DNA from: an uncultured Gemmatimonadales bacterium
Lineage (GTDB): Bacteria; Gemmatimonadota; Gemmatimonadetes; Longimicrobiales; RSA9
Length of the DNA stretch: 64,000 bases
Direction: 5' to 3'
NCBI GenBank assembly: GCA_963708135.1
Contig: OY970192.1
Coordinates: 3,936,001-4,000,000, forward strand
The notes beneath the pieces are model-generated. The model saw only the letters and a list, made by a program, of their open reading frames with translations. It was not told where the DNA came from and made no database searches. Position numbers and translations under genes: made by a program. Position 1 is the stretch's first letter, and each line of letters opens with the position of its first letter. Below, piece after piece: positions 51,966 to 61,565 of this stretch.

Positions 51966-53723
51966 TCAACTCGGCGGCGCAGGCTCCACGACGGCCAGCA
52001 CCCAACCGTCCGGGTCCGCCACCACGCCCGTGGGCCGCGCCGGCAGCGGCACCGCCGCGGTCGTGGTCCGGCCGCGTAGCTCGATGCTGCGCCGCACGTC
52101 CCCGCCTCGGGTGTGCACCAGCAGCGTGAGCGGCATCCGGAACGCCGGCCACGACGCGGGCTGCACCTGCTCGACCGTGACAGCGGCGCGGCGGCTCGCC
52201 GCATCCCATTGCCAGGCGACGCGCAGCCGCGGGTACCCCGGCTGGCGCAGCCACTCGTCGAAGAACCACCCCAGGTCCTTCCCGGAGGCCGTCTCCATCG
52301 CGGACCGCAGGTCCGAGGTGAGGGCCGTTCCGTTCACGTGGGCCCGATAGTAGCCCCGGATCCCGCGGAAGAACGCGCTGTCTCCCAGCACGCCCCGGAG
52401 CATGTGGAGCACCCACGCGCCCTTCTGGTAGTTGTTCGCGTTCAGGAGCGCGAACAGGTCGTGCTGCGCCGTGTCGATTACCGGCCGGTCCACCACGTCC
52501 GAGCGCAGGTACGCCGCGCGGTTCTCCGCCATCATCGCCCGGAACGCCGCCTCGCCGTCCTCCTGCTCGTAGAACAGCGCCGCGAAGTACGTCGCGAATC
52601 CCTCCGAGAGCCAGAGATGGTGCCAGTCCGCCTCCGTCACCGCATCACCGAACCACTGGTGCGCCGTCTCGTGCGCCGCGGTCCGCTCGATGTCGTGGCC
52701 ACTCGCCAGGGCGCGCTCGTCGTAGAAGATGGCGCTCGCGTTCTCCATGCCGCCGAAACGCGTCGACGACTCCACGTGCGCCAGCTTCCCGTACTGGAAA
52801 GGACCGACCAGCCGGCTGTAGACCGCGACCATGCTGTCCGCCCGCCGGAACGAGCGCGCCGCCGCAGCCGTGTCCTGCGGGAACGCCCACCAGCTCACGA
52901 CCGGGCAGCGCTCGCCCTCACGCCCGCACACCGCGCCCACGAGCCCGATGCGGAACTCGGCCGCGCCGATCACCATCGTGTACGTCGGGATCGACACCGC
53001 CGTCGCCCACCGCCATACCGCGCGGGGCACCGATGCGCCGCCCGCCGGCACCAGCGGGGGGGGGCCGCCGCTGTCCGCGCGGACGCCGTTCGCCACCACC
53101 GACCACGCGGCCGGCGCGCTCACGGTGAACGCCACCGTCGCCTTGTCGCTCGGATGGTCGATCGACGGGAACCAGAAGCGCGCCCGGTTCGGCCAGTCGT
53201 CGGCGAATGCCGCACGCACGCCGTGCGCGTTCGGCCTGATGATCAGCCCGTCGTCCGGGTGACCGTGGTACAGGACCGCCACCGCGAGCGTGTCCGCCCC
53301 GCCGGCCGTGCCGGGGCCCGGCGGCAGCGCCACGCGCAACTTCCCGTCGGCATAGCGGTAGCCGGCCGGGGACCCGTCCACGGCCACCGAGTTGACCAGC
53401 AGCCCCGTCAGGTCCAGCGCCAGTGTGTCCAGCGCCTCATCCGTGCGCGCCACCCGCGCCGCAGCGCGCCCGCGGATCAGCGAGCCGGTGTCGGGAAGCG
53501 CGAGCGAGATGTCGTAGTGGAGCGCGTCGAATCCCGGCTCGTACGCGCCCGGCGGCGGCGCCATGCCGGCCTGAATCGGCGGCGGCTCCGGGGCCTCGGC
53601 CGCCACCGGCAGCGGCGGCTCCCGGGGCTCGGTGCGGGGCGGAGGATAGCGCGTCCCGCTCCCGGCCCGGGTGCAGCCCGCCGCGAGCGCGAGCAGGAAG
53701 GTCACAGCGGCGCGGCATCGCAT
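51966..53723 (-). CDS. M1-family aminopeptidase (lipoprotein)
   Basis: GGMEN, HETAHQWFG, WLSEGFA, YQKG. Confidence 0.93.
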   Translation of the reverse strand: MRCRAAVTFLLALAAGCTRAGSGTRYPPPRTEPREPPLPVAAEAPEPPPIQAGMAPPPGAYEPGFDALHYDISLALPDTGSLIRGRAAARVARTDEALDTLALDLTGLLVNSVAVDGSPAGYRYADGKLRVALPPGPGTAGGADTLAVAVLYHGHPDDGLIIRPNAHGVRAAFADDWPNRARFWFPSIDHPSDKATVAFTVSAPAAWSVVANGVRADSGGPPPLVPAGGASVPRAVWRWATAVSIPTYTMVIGAAEFRIGLVGAVCGREGERCPVVSWWAFPQDTAAAARSFRRADSMVAVYSRLVGPFQYGKLAHVESSTRFGGMENASAIFYDERALASGHDIERTAAHETAHQWFGDAVTEADWHHLWLSEGFATYFAALFYEQEDGEAAFRAMMAENRAAYLRSDVVDRPVIDTAQHDLFALLNANNYQKGAWVLHMLRGVLGDSAFFRGIRGYYRAHVNGTALTSDLRSAMETASGKDLGWFFDEWLRQPGYPRLRVAWQWDAASRRAAVTVEQVQPASWPAFRMPLTLLVHTRGGDVRRSIELRGRTTTAAVPLPARPTGVVADPDGWVLAVVEPAPPS

Positions 53724-53817
53724 CGGCCCGGCCTCCTCCTATGACGGTATTCTCGTTCCCGGCCGCGCGCGCCGGCCGGGCCGCCCCACGCCCGGCGGAA
53801 CCGCCGGCGCCGGGCCG

Positions 53818-56325
53818 CTACCTCGGCGGGGACCGGACGATGTCTCTCCCGATGGGCATGCTGCCCCGCGGCGGCGGCGGCGGCGTGCTGTCCCGCGCCG
53901 CCCGTGTGGTGTCCCGCGCCGGCGCCGTGCTGTCCGGCGGAGCCGGCTTCTCCTTCCCCGCCTTCGGCGGCGGGGGCTGCTTCCCCGGCGCGGGCTTCGA
54001 CGGACTCCCCTTCTTCACGCTGTCGGCACGGATGGAGTCCGGCGACGTGCGCGGAAGGGGCGGGAGCGTATCCACGCGCGGGGGGATCCGCTGCACGCGC
54101 GCCGTCGTATCCACGGGGACCCGGCCCGGCATCGGCACTCGCTGCCTGGTCGTGTCCATCTCCTCGGCCGCCGCCGGCACCGTGTCGGAGCCGGGGTCAC
54201 TGAAGATGCGCGCCTTCAGCCGGTCCCACCAGCTACGGTCCCCGGCCGCCACCCCACCCAGCGTGTCGTACGGCTGCTCCGCCGCGTAGCCCGGCGGCAC
54301 GCCGTAGCAGGCCGCCATCGGCGCCGTCCCCTGGATGAAGTACTCGGTCTGGGTCGGCCCCATCGGCGGGCATTCCGGAGAGCTGATGTCCCCGTTCGCG
54401 TCCACGACCATCGCCTCTACGCCCGCCGGCATGCCCCACCCCCCGCCGTTCGTGCCCACCCGCGCCATCACCCGGCCCCACACCGGCGCCGCCAGCGTCC
54501 CGCCCTGCCCACCCCGGACGATCGTCTGCGGTTTGTCCAGGCCGACCCACACCCCCATCACCAGCTGCGGCGTGTAGCCGACGAACCACGCGTCCGCGCC
54601 GTCCTGCGTCGTGCCCGTCTTGCCCGCCGCCACGCCGTGGAAGCCGACGGCCCGGACCGCCGTCCCCGTTCCCTCGTCCACCACGTCCCGCAGGATGCTC
54701 GTCAGCACGAACGCGGTGGCCGGATCCAGCACCTGCTGCGTCTGGACCGGCTGCGCCCATATCGTCCGCCCATCCCGATCCTCCACCTCCGTCACCAGAC
54801 GCGGCGTCGGCCGCGTCCCCAGCGTCGCGAACGCCGCATAGGCATCCGTCAGCTCCAGCGGCGTGACCGAGACCACCCCCAGCGCCACCGAAGGTACATC
54901 CGGGATCGTCTCGTCGATCCCGATCTGGTGCGCCTCGTCGATGATCCGGCCATACCCGACCGCCTGCGCCAGCCGCACCGTCGGAATGTTCAGCGAGTGC
55001 ACCAACGCATCGTGCAGCGTGACCTCGCCCGTCTGCTCACCCTCGAAGTTCTGCGGCGCCCATACCTTCCCGCCGCTCGCCGCCAGCCGCAGCGGAGACC
55101 CCGACAGCCGGTACGTCGGCGGATACCCCGCCTGCAGCGCCGCCGCGTATACGAACGGCTTGAACGCGCTCCCCGGCTGCCGCTTCGCCAGCAGCACCCG
55201 GTCGAACTTCGACTGGTCGAAGTCGCGCCCCCCGACCCACGCCCGCACATCCCCCGTCCGCGCATCCAGCATCACAAGCGCGCCCTGCAGATATTTCGTC
55301 CCTTCCTGCGACGTGTCCTGCGATGCCGGGTCGTAGCGCGGATGCCCGTACCCCCCGTACGCCCCGTGCTCGATCGATTCCAGCTGCCGCTCCAGCTCGG
55401 CCTTCGCCACCCGCTGCGCGTCGAGATCCAGCGTCGTGTGGATCCGTAGCCCCCCGGTGTACAGCTCATCACCCAGCTGATCCTCCAGCGTCTGCCGCAC
55501 CGCCTCGATGAAGTACGGCGCCTGGTTCTCCTCTCCCTTCGAGCGGCCATGCGCCAGCCGCAGCCGCGCCGATTCCGCCGCGCGCTTCTGCGCCCCCGTG
55601 ATCAGCCCCTGCTCCGCCATCTTGTCCAGCACCACGTTCCGCCGCGCCAGCGCCGCCTCCCGGTCCGAGCGCGGGTTGTTCCGCGACGGCGCCTGCGGCA
55701 GACCCGCCAGCGTCGCCGCCTCCGAAAGGCTCAGCCGGCGCGCCGGCTTGCCGAAGTACTCCTGCGCCGCCGCGTCGATGCCCCATGCACCATGACCAAA
55801 GTAGATCTGGTTCAGGTACAGCTGCAGGATGTCCTGCTTCGTGAACCGGTCCTCGATCTTCTCCGCCACCCGCATCTCCGACAACTTCCGCCACGGCGTC
55901 TTCTCCTGCGCCGGCAGCCGGTTCGGAAACAGGTTGCGCGCCAGCTGCATCGTGATCGTGCTGAACCCCTCCCGGAAGTCCATCGCCTTCGCATCCGCCA
56001 GCACCGCCCCTGGCACCCGCCGCCAGTCCACCCCGTGATGCTCCCAGAACCGCTGGTCCTCCACCGCCACGAACGCCTCGCCCACATACTTCGGCAGCGA
56101 GTCCAGCGGCACGATCTCCCGGTTCACCCGGAACAGCTTCCCCACTTCCTGGCCCCGCCGGTCCAGCACCACCGACGCCTCATCCGGGATATAGGCCCGC
56201 AGCCCCTTCACGTCCGGACACCCCTCGAACCCGCACGTGTAGTAGGTCGCCACGCCCGCCAGCAGCGCGAGCGCGCCAACCACCAGCAGAATCGCCAGTG
56301 CCACACCCGCCTTCGTTCGCTTCAT
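53818..56325 (-). CDS. class A penicillin-binding protein (PBP1A)
   Basis: EDQRF, GFSTITMQL, SAFK, SLN, KTG; Pro-rich tail. Confidence 0.95.
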   Translation of the reverse strand: MKRTKAGVALAILLVVGALALLAGVATYYTCGFEGCPDVKGLRAYIPDEASVVLDRRGQEVGKLFRVNREIVPLDSLPKYVGEAFVAVEDQRFWEHHGVDWRRVPGAVLADAKAMDFREGFSTITMQLARNLFPNRLPAQEKTPWRKLSEMRVAEKIEDRFTKQDILQLYLNQIYFGHGAWGIDAAAQEYFGKPARRLSLSEAATLAGLPQAPSRNNPRSDREAALARRNVVLDKMAEQGLITGAQKRAAESARLRLAHGRSKGEENQAPYFIEAVRQTLEDQLGDELYTGGLRIHTTLDLDAQRVAKAELERQLESIEHGAYGGYGHPRYDPASQDTSQEGTKYLQGALVMLDARTGDVRAWVGGRDFDQSKFDRVLLAKRQPGSAFKPFVYAAALQAGYPPTYRLSGSPLRLAASGGKVWAPQNFEGEQTGEVTLHDALVHSLNIPTVRLAQAVGYGRIIDEAHQIGIDETIPDVPSVALGVVSVTPLELTDAYAAFATLGTRPTPRLVTEVEDRDGRTIWAQPVQTQQVLDPATAFVLTSILRDVVDEGTGTAVRAVGFHGVAAGKTGTTQDGADAWFVGYTPQLVMGVWVGLDKPQTIVRGGQGGTLAAPVWGRVMARVGTNGGGWGMPAGVEAMVVDANGDISSPECPPMGPTQTEYFIQGTAPMAACYGVPPGYAAEQPYDTLGGVAAGDRSWWDRLKARIFSDPGSDTVPAAAEEMDTTRQRVPMPGRVPVDTTARVQRIPPRVDTLPPLPRTSPDSIRADSVKKGSPSKPAPGKQPPPPKAGKEKPAPPDSTAPARDTTRAARDSTPPPPPRGSMPIGRDIVRSPPR

Positions 56326-56453
56326 GCACCCGTTCCCTTTGGATTGGTCCACCTCTCCTATCGGCAAGTACCAGACCAGGATAGCCCCCCTGCCCCCACC
56401 TGGCCGCCACCCTCGACGCCCCCGTTGTCCCCCACCCGCCGTCCCCCGGGGGA

Positions 56454-56508
56454 TTGACGCTCCCCCCGCCCGTGTCCCATCTTTCCACGTCTACCGAACG
56501 AGCGTTCG
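56454..56508 (+). promoter_or_regulatory. sigma-70 promoter and PaaR-type operator
   Basis: TTGACG-N18-CATCTT, then CGAACGAGCGTTCG (56495-56508), fitting CNAACGNNCGTTNG. Confidence 0.6.
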
Positions 56509-56523
56509 AACGAGCGGAGGACC

Positions 56524-57468
56524 ATGGCACGACTCTCCGAGGAGCAGCTCAAGCAGAAGGTCCAGGATGGCTACATCCTCGAGTCGCCGGACGAGATGAC
56601 GGACGGCTACCGCAAGGCGCTCATCGTACAGCTCCTCGTCCAGGGCGACACGGAGCTCATCAGCGCGCCCGCCTACTGGATGGCCGCGCAGGATGCGCCG
56701 TCCACGAACACCCAGGTCTCCGCCGTCGCGATCATCCAGGATGAGCTGGCGCACGCCAACATCGCCTATCGGATCCTCGAGGACCTCGGGCTGGACAAGG
56801 AGCAGCTCGTCTACGGCCGCGAGCCGCACGAGTTCAAGCACCCCTACGGTTTCGACCAGCCCCTGGAGAGCTGGGTGGAGCTCGTCACGGCCAACGGCTT
56901 CTTCGATCGCGCGGGCATCACGCTGCTCTCGGACGTGTACAAGAACACCTCCTACGGGCCGCTCAAGCGGGCCCTCGTCAAGGTGGACCTCGAGGAGACG
57001 TTCCACCTGCGCCACGGCGAGGTATGGATGAAGCGGCTCGCGCAGGCGGGAGGTGAGGCGCGCGAGAAGCTGCAGCGGGCGGTCGATTGGATGTTCCCGA
57101 TGACGATCGAGTGGTTCGGCCTGCCGGACGAGATGAAACGTCACAGCGGGCAGCTCGAGTACCGGCTGAAGGGACTCACGAACGACCAGCTCCGGCAGGT
57201 CTGGATGTCCTCCACCGTGCCGCTCTGCGAGTCGCTCGATCTGGATGTCCCCGCTCACTGGGATGAGGAGGAGCAGCGGTACGTGCTCGACTATCCCTTC
57301 CCCTGCCGCTACGACGCGTCGGAGAAGCGCTGGCTCTTCGAGCAGGGCCAGATCACGTGGGACCAGGTCTTCGAGCGCTGGAGGGCGCGCGGCCCGATGA
57401 ACGAGCGCTACGTCGAGAGCGTCCGCCGCAGCCACGCGCCGATGAACCGGATGCTGAACGCCGCGTGA
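56524..57468 (+). CDS. paaA: PaaA-like di-iron aryl-CoA epoxidase catalytic subunit
   Basis: ESPDEM...YRKAL, QDELAH, SYGPL, EETFH, NDQLRQ.W. Confidence 0.75.
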   Translation: MARLSEEQLKQKVQDGYILESPDEMTDGYRKALIVQLLVQGDTELISAPAYWMAAQDAPSTNTQVSAVAIIQDELAHANIAYRILEDLGLDKEQLVYGREPHEFKHPYGFDQPLESWVELVTANGFFDRAGITLLSDVYKNTSYGPLKRALVKVDLEETFHLRHGEVWMKRLAQAGGEAREKLQRAVDWMFPMTIEWFGLPDEMKRHSGQLEYRLKGLTNDQLRQVWMSSTVPLCESLDLDVPAHWDEEEQRYVLDYPFPCRYDASEKRWLFEQGQITWDQVFERWRARGPMNERYVESVRRSHAPMNRMLNAA

Positions 57469-57860
57469 GCGCTCCGGGCGAGGTTTCCCGCTCCAACTCC
57501 GCGGGCGTGAGCGAGGCCGCGGGAGCCCGGCCCGCCACCGGCGCCATCGAGCCGGGCTCGGAGGCGCTCTGGCAGGCGCTGCGGGAGGTGAACGATCCCG
57601 AGTTTCCGATCAGCCTCGTGGACCTCGGCCTGGTCTACGGTATCCGCCGCGCCGGCCCGCTCGTGGAGGTGGACCTCACCTTCACGGCCACGGCCTGTCC
57701 CTGCATGGACTTCATCGAGGAGGACGTGCGAAATCGGCTGCTCGAGGAGCCCGGCGTCGAACGGGTCGAGATCCGCCAGGTGTGGGATCCGCCCTGGACG
57801 CGCGAGCGGATGACTGAAGAAGGAAGGGCCGCGCTGCGCCGCTGCGGCGTCGCCGCCTAG
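57465..57860 (+). CDS. paaD: DUF59/PaaD N-terminal-like metal-sulfur assembly factor
   Basis: DPEFPISLVDLGLV, TATACPC, WDPPWT..RMT..GR. Confidence 0.85.
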   Translation: MSAPGEVSRSNSAGVSEAAGARPATGAIEPGSEALWQALREVNDPEFPISLVDLGLVYGIRRAGPLVEVDLTFTATACPCMDFIEEDVRNRLLEEPGVERVEIRQVWDPPWTRERMTEEGRAALRRCGVAA

Positions 57861-57890
57861 CCCCGCGCCCCGAAACCCGAGCCCCGAGCC

Positions 57891-58094
57891 ATGGTCTACG
57901 AGGTCTTCGCACGCAAGAGCCGCGGCGAGCCGCTGCGCCACATCGGCAACCTCAACGCGCCCGACGACGAGCTCGCGCGCGTGTACGCCTACAACACCTA
58001 CGACGAGGAGAAGTGGTTCGACATGTGGATCGCGCCGCGTGACCGCTTCCTCGAGGTGTTCAACGTCGACCGCGCCGCCGGGACGCCTTTCTGA
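57891..58094 (+). CDS. paaB: PaaB-like small subunit
   Basis: YEVFAR...HIGNLNAPD.ELA. Confidence 0.8.
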   Translation: MVYEVFARKSRGEPLRHIGNLNAPDDELARVYAYNTYDEEKWFDMWIAPRDRFLEVFNVDRAAGTPF

Positions 58095-58897
58095 TGGCGA
58101 CGACGCCGACCGCCGACGCCGCGTCGGACCTCCAGCCGCCGGTGCGTGAGGCGCTCCGCGACCTTATCCTCGTCCTCGCCGACAGCAAGCGCCTCCTCGG
58201 CACCCGGTACGCCGAGTGGATCCTGGGTGCGCCCGAGCTCGAGACCGGCATCGCCTGCGCTTCGATGGCCCAGGACGAGTGGGGGCACGGCCGTCTCTTC
58301 TACGCCATGCTCAAGGACTTCGGCGAGGATCCCGGACCGCTGGAGCACGACCGGGAGCCGGCGGACTATCGCAGCCTCGAGCCGCTCGACCGCGAGCCGG
58401 ACGGCTGGCCCGACGTCGTCGCCCTTTTCGCGCTCGCCGATGCCGCCCTCTCCGCCCAGATCGAGGCGCTCCGCGGCTCGGCCTACGCGCCGCTCCGCCA
58501 GCGCGTGGAGAAGCTGCTGGTCGAGGAGCGCTTCCACGCCGCCCATGGCGCCGCCTGGGTCCACCGCCTGGCCGGCACGGAGGACGCCCGCGCTGCCCTC
58601 GCGGCGTCCTGCCGCGCCATGCTGCCCTCCCTCGCACGCTGGTTCGGGCCCGACTCCGAGCGCGCCCGCGCGCTCGTCCAGGCCGGCATTGCCGATGCCG
58701 CGGGTGGGGCACTCCGTGCCCGCTTTTACGAACGCGTCGCCCCGCTGCTCGCCGCGGTCGGCGTCGAGACCACGACCGCCGAACCCGACTTCGACGGCTT
58801 CGATGAGGGCGCCCGTCGCGGCCATGCCGGCGCCCCCGATGCCGCGACCATCGCCCACGTGCGCGGCGACCTGAACCGCGCTTTCCTGATGGACTGA
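58094..58897 (+). CDS. paaC: PaaC-like ferritin-fold subunit
   Basis: LADSK..LG.RY.EW..GAP.LE, QDEWGH, EERFH. Confidence 0.8.
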   Translation: MATTPTADAASDLQPPVREALRDLILVLADSKRLLGTRYAEWILGAPELETGIACASMAQDEWGHGRLFYAMLKDFGEDPGPLEHDREPADYRSLEPLDREPDGWPDVVALFALADAALSAQIEALRGSAYAPLRQRVEKLLVEERFHAAHGAAWVHRLAGTEDARAALAASCRAMLPSLARWFGPDSERARALVQAGIADAAGGALRARFYERVAPLLAAVGVETTTAEPDFDGFDEGARRGHAGAPDAATIAHVRGDLNRAFLMD

Positions 58898-58899
58898 CC

Positions 58900-59100
58900 G
58901 TGGCCGACCTGCACGACCCCGCCGACACCGCCGCCCGCATGGGCCTGCCCGTCGCCGTCCGCTGCCCCTTCTGCGAGCGCGACGATACCGAGCTCCATTC
59001 CCCGTTCGGCTCCGCGCTGTCCGTCGCCACCTACTGGTGCCGTCGCTGCCACACCGCCTTCGAGTGGTTCAAGTGGGGCGCCGAAGCCGGAAATAAGTAG
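58900..59100 (+). CDS. stand-alone PaaD-type zinc-ribbon protein
   Basis: CPFC...SPFGS...YWCRRC.T.FEWFK. Confidence 0.8.
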   Translation: MADLHDPADTAARMGLPVAVRCPFCERDDTELHSPFGSALSVATYWCRRCHTAFEWFKWGAEAGNK

Positions 59101-59226
59101 CGAGCCTCGCAACAAAGATCCCGCCCTTTCGGGTATCTTCGGGATCCCCGGCGCGCTCCCCGACAAGCCTGCAAGCTACTTCCAGTCCACGATTTGAGCC
59201 TCCGTTCCATCACCTCCCCGGCACCG

Positions 59227-59240
59227 GGAACGTGCCTTGC
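59227..59240 (+). promoter_or_regulatory. candidate sigma-54 promoter upstream of the riboswitch
   Basis: GG-AACGTGCCTT-GC. Confidence 0.45.
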
Positions 59241-59313
59241 CCCACCGCCGGGCCGGGAGTGACGAAGCTCCCTGACAGTGCGGAAGCGACGCAGCTTCGC
59301 AACAAGACATGGA

Positions 59314-59403
59314 CGCTGCTCAGAGCAAAGCCGCCGAAAGGCGGTGGCGCAGAGCCACGGGGCTACAGCGGTTCAGGCCGCCATGTCCGCCGGGCCGCCA
59401 GCG
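59314..59403 (+). ncRNA. GEMM-I (c-di-GMP-I / c-AMP-GMP) riboswitch
   Basis: P1 CGCTG/CAGCG; GCAAA-GCCGCC-GAAA-GGCGGT-GGCGC-AGA-GCCACGGGGCTA...GCCGGGCCGCC matches the GEMM-I layout. Confidence 0.8.
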
Positions 59404-59472
59404 ATTCGACACCATCGTCGAGGCTGGTGGCCCGTTGCGTTACCGGCCCGACCGCACCCGGAGGAGTGATCC

Positions 59473-59619
59473 ATGGGCAGTGCAGTCGGAATCCTCCTGA
59501 TGTTGTGCCTGCCCCTGATGGTGAGCTTCATCGTCATCTGCCTCACGGCCGCGAAGGCGCTCTACAACGAGCAGGAGCGCCTGGTCACGCTCTCACGGAG
59601 CGAGGCAACGACGAGCTGA
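59473..59619 (+). CDS. 48-aa single-TM small protein MGSAVGILLMLCLPLMVSFIVICLTAAKALYNEQERLVTLSRSEATTS
   Basis: GGAGGAG RBS; only ORF downstream of the riboswitch; one hydrophobic helix. Confidence 0.65.
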   Translation: MGSAVGILLMLCLPLMVSFIVICLTAAKALYNEQERLVTLSRSEATTS

Positions 59620-59877
59620 TCCGGCCGCCTCACGAGCACCGGGGGTACGCCCCTCCAAAGTTGGCCGCCGCGCCGGGTCGACGAGGAAAAGCGACGACTC
59701 CCACCGGCCGTAACTCCGCGGGCCTCGCAAACCCGCGCTCGCCCCACCACCGACTCTACCGGACTGCTTGCTCCCGGTGCCGGGGCCCGGATCTCGCGGC
59801 GGCTCTCGATTCCTTCGAGGGCCGCCGCTCGCTCATCCGCCTCCCACCATCCTCTGCTCTGCTCACCGCGATCCCAA

Positions 59878-60874
59878 TCAGGCGCGGCCGCGCCGGTCCT
59901 GGAACCAGCGAACGGTCGGGGGCAGCCCTTCGTCCAGGCAGCGGGGCGTCCAGCCGAGTTCGCGCGTCGCCTTGTCGTGGGAGTGGAGCCAGCGCAGCCC
60001 GGCCGCGGTGGCGGCGTTCTCGCGCGAGATCGGAAACCGAAGGCCGGTGGCGCGGGAGAGCACGTCCAGCAGGACGCCGGTCCAGCGGACGAGTGGAGCC
60101 GGAAAGCGCAGGCGCGGCGGCCGCTTCCCGGCGAGTGCCACCACGCGGCCCGCGAAGTCGTCCAGCCTGGCGGGCTCGCCCGAGAGGACGTAGGTCTCCC
60201 CAGCCACACCGCGCTCGCCCGCCGCGAGGAGTCCATCCACCACGTCATCCACGTGGACGTACGAGAACCAGGAGGGGATGGAGCGGGAATCCGGGGATCC
60301 GTCCCGCCAGCAGGTCCTTCACGAAGCGGCCGTTCGGCCCCTCGTCTCCGGGCCCGTACACGTTGGCCGGCGCCACGATCACGACCGGAAGCCCCCGGCG
60401 CTGGGCTGCCACCGCGAGCCGGTGCGCCGCCGTCTTCGTCCGCTCGTATTCGGAGGTGAAGCGCGGGCCGTGCTCGGAGCCCTCATCTCCCTCGCCCGCG
60501 GCCACAGGTCCGAGCGCCACGGTAGTCGAGACGTGGACCACGCGCGCGGTGCCGGCGCCCTCGATGGCCGCCAGGAAGACGCGCGTTCCCTCGACGTTCG
60601 TGCGCCGCATCGCCGCCGCGTCCACCACGCCGATGTCGTAGTACCCGGCCAGATGGTACGCCAGCTCCGCGCCGGCGAGGCCCCGCGCCACGGCCGCCTC
60701 GTCCCATGTCTCCCCGACGAACAGCTCGGCGCCCAGGCGCTCCAACTCGCCGGTCCGCGAGGTGGGCCTCACCAGACAGCGCAGCCCGGCCCCTCCCTCC
60801 GCCAACCGGCGGGCCAGCCGCGTGCCGATGAACCCCGTCGCCCCCGTCAGAAACACCAGCCGCCGGTCCGCCAT
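59878..60874 (-). pseudogene. NAD-dependent epimerase/dehydratase, frameshifted near 60275
   Basis: TGATGFIG, YERTK, VYGPGD; removing one C from a C4 run restores PSWFSYVHVDDV. Confidence 0.8.
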
Positions 60875-60883
60875 CGCTGCCGC

Positions 60884-61216
60884 TCAGTCCCCGACCGCGA
60901 ACCACCCGATGCCGACCGGCCGCCCCTCGTCCGTGGCATCCGCCTCCGAGATCACCACGTCCAGCTCTCGCTTCTTCTCCAGCGACGCCTGCGTCGCTCG
61001 CCCGCCCGTCACCGACAGCGCCCGAACCTCCACCTCTCGCGGCGTGCCGTCCGGCGCCAGGAGGCGCAGCCGCTTGCCCGGCTCGAGCACACCCAGCTGC
61101 GGCCGCCCCTGCAGCAGCCGCAGCCGCAGCAGATACCCTCGCAGCGGGACCGGCAGCACATCCGATACCCGGAACCGAAAGCCCCCGGCCTCGCCGCCGT
61201 CCGTGCCTGTTGTCAT
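60884..61216 (-). CDS. hypothetical small beta-barrel protein
   Basis: FRFRVSDVLPVPLRGYLLRL...; 110 aa, apparently co-transcribed with the epimerase. Confidence 0.6.
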   Translation of the reverse strand: MTTGTDGGEAGGFRFRVSDVLPVPLRGYLLRLRLLQGRPQLGVLEPGKRLRLLAPDGTPREVEVRALSVTGGRATQASLEKKRELDVVISEADATDEGRPVGIGWFAVGD

Positions 61217-61332
61217 GATCATCCATCGCCTGGATCGGGTCCGCTCCCGCCTCCCGCGGCGGGGCGAGTGGAGGGTAGCGCGGGCGGGCGGCCGCGTCAA
61301 TCGACGACGCGGCTGCCCCCGTCCCGGCGCTC

Positions 61333-61361
61333 TTGACTTGGCGCGGGGCCGCGTCTAACGT
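61333..61361 (+). promoter_or_regulatory. sigma-70 promoter of csp
   Basis: TTGACT-N17-TAACGT. Confidence 0.7.
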
Positions 61362-61426
61362 TGTGCGCGGGGTTGGCCGAAGTCGGTCCCACCATGCATC
61401 GCGGGGAGTCGTCCTTCGGGAAAGCC

Positions 61427-61456
61427 GGACCTGCGTAACGACGCAGGTCCTTTTTT
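61427..61456 (+). terminator. intrinsic terminator within the csp 5' leader
   Basis: GGACCTGCGT-AACG-ACGCAGGTCC-TTTTTT. Confidence 0.85.
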
Positions 61457-61565
61457 CATGCGTGGGCCGCCGACGCGGACGGGCGGTGGATCGGTCCGAG
61501 GGTACGGGACATCGCACCGTCCCCGTGACAGGTTTCCAGTCCAGTTCTACTCAGGAGCAAGGGCG

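Noticed and set aside
61368..61456. SRP RNA or tRNA
   Set aside because: Lacks the SRP helix-8 motif and a cloverleaf; better explained as the csp leader.
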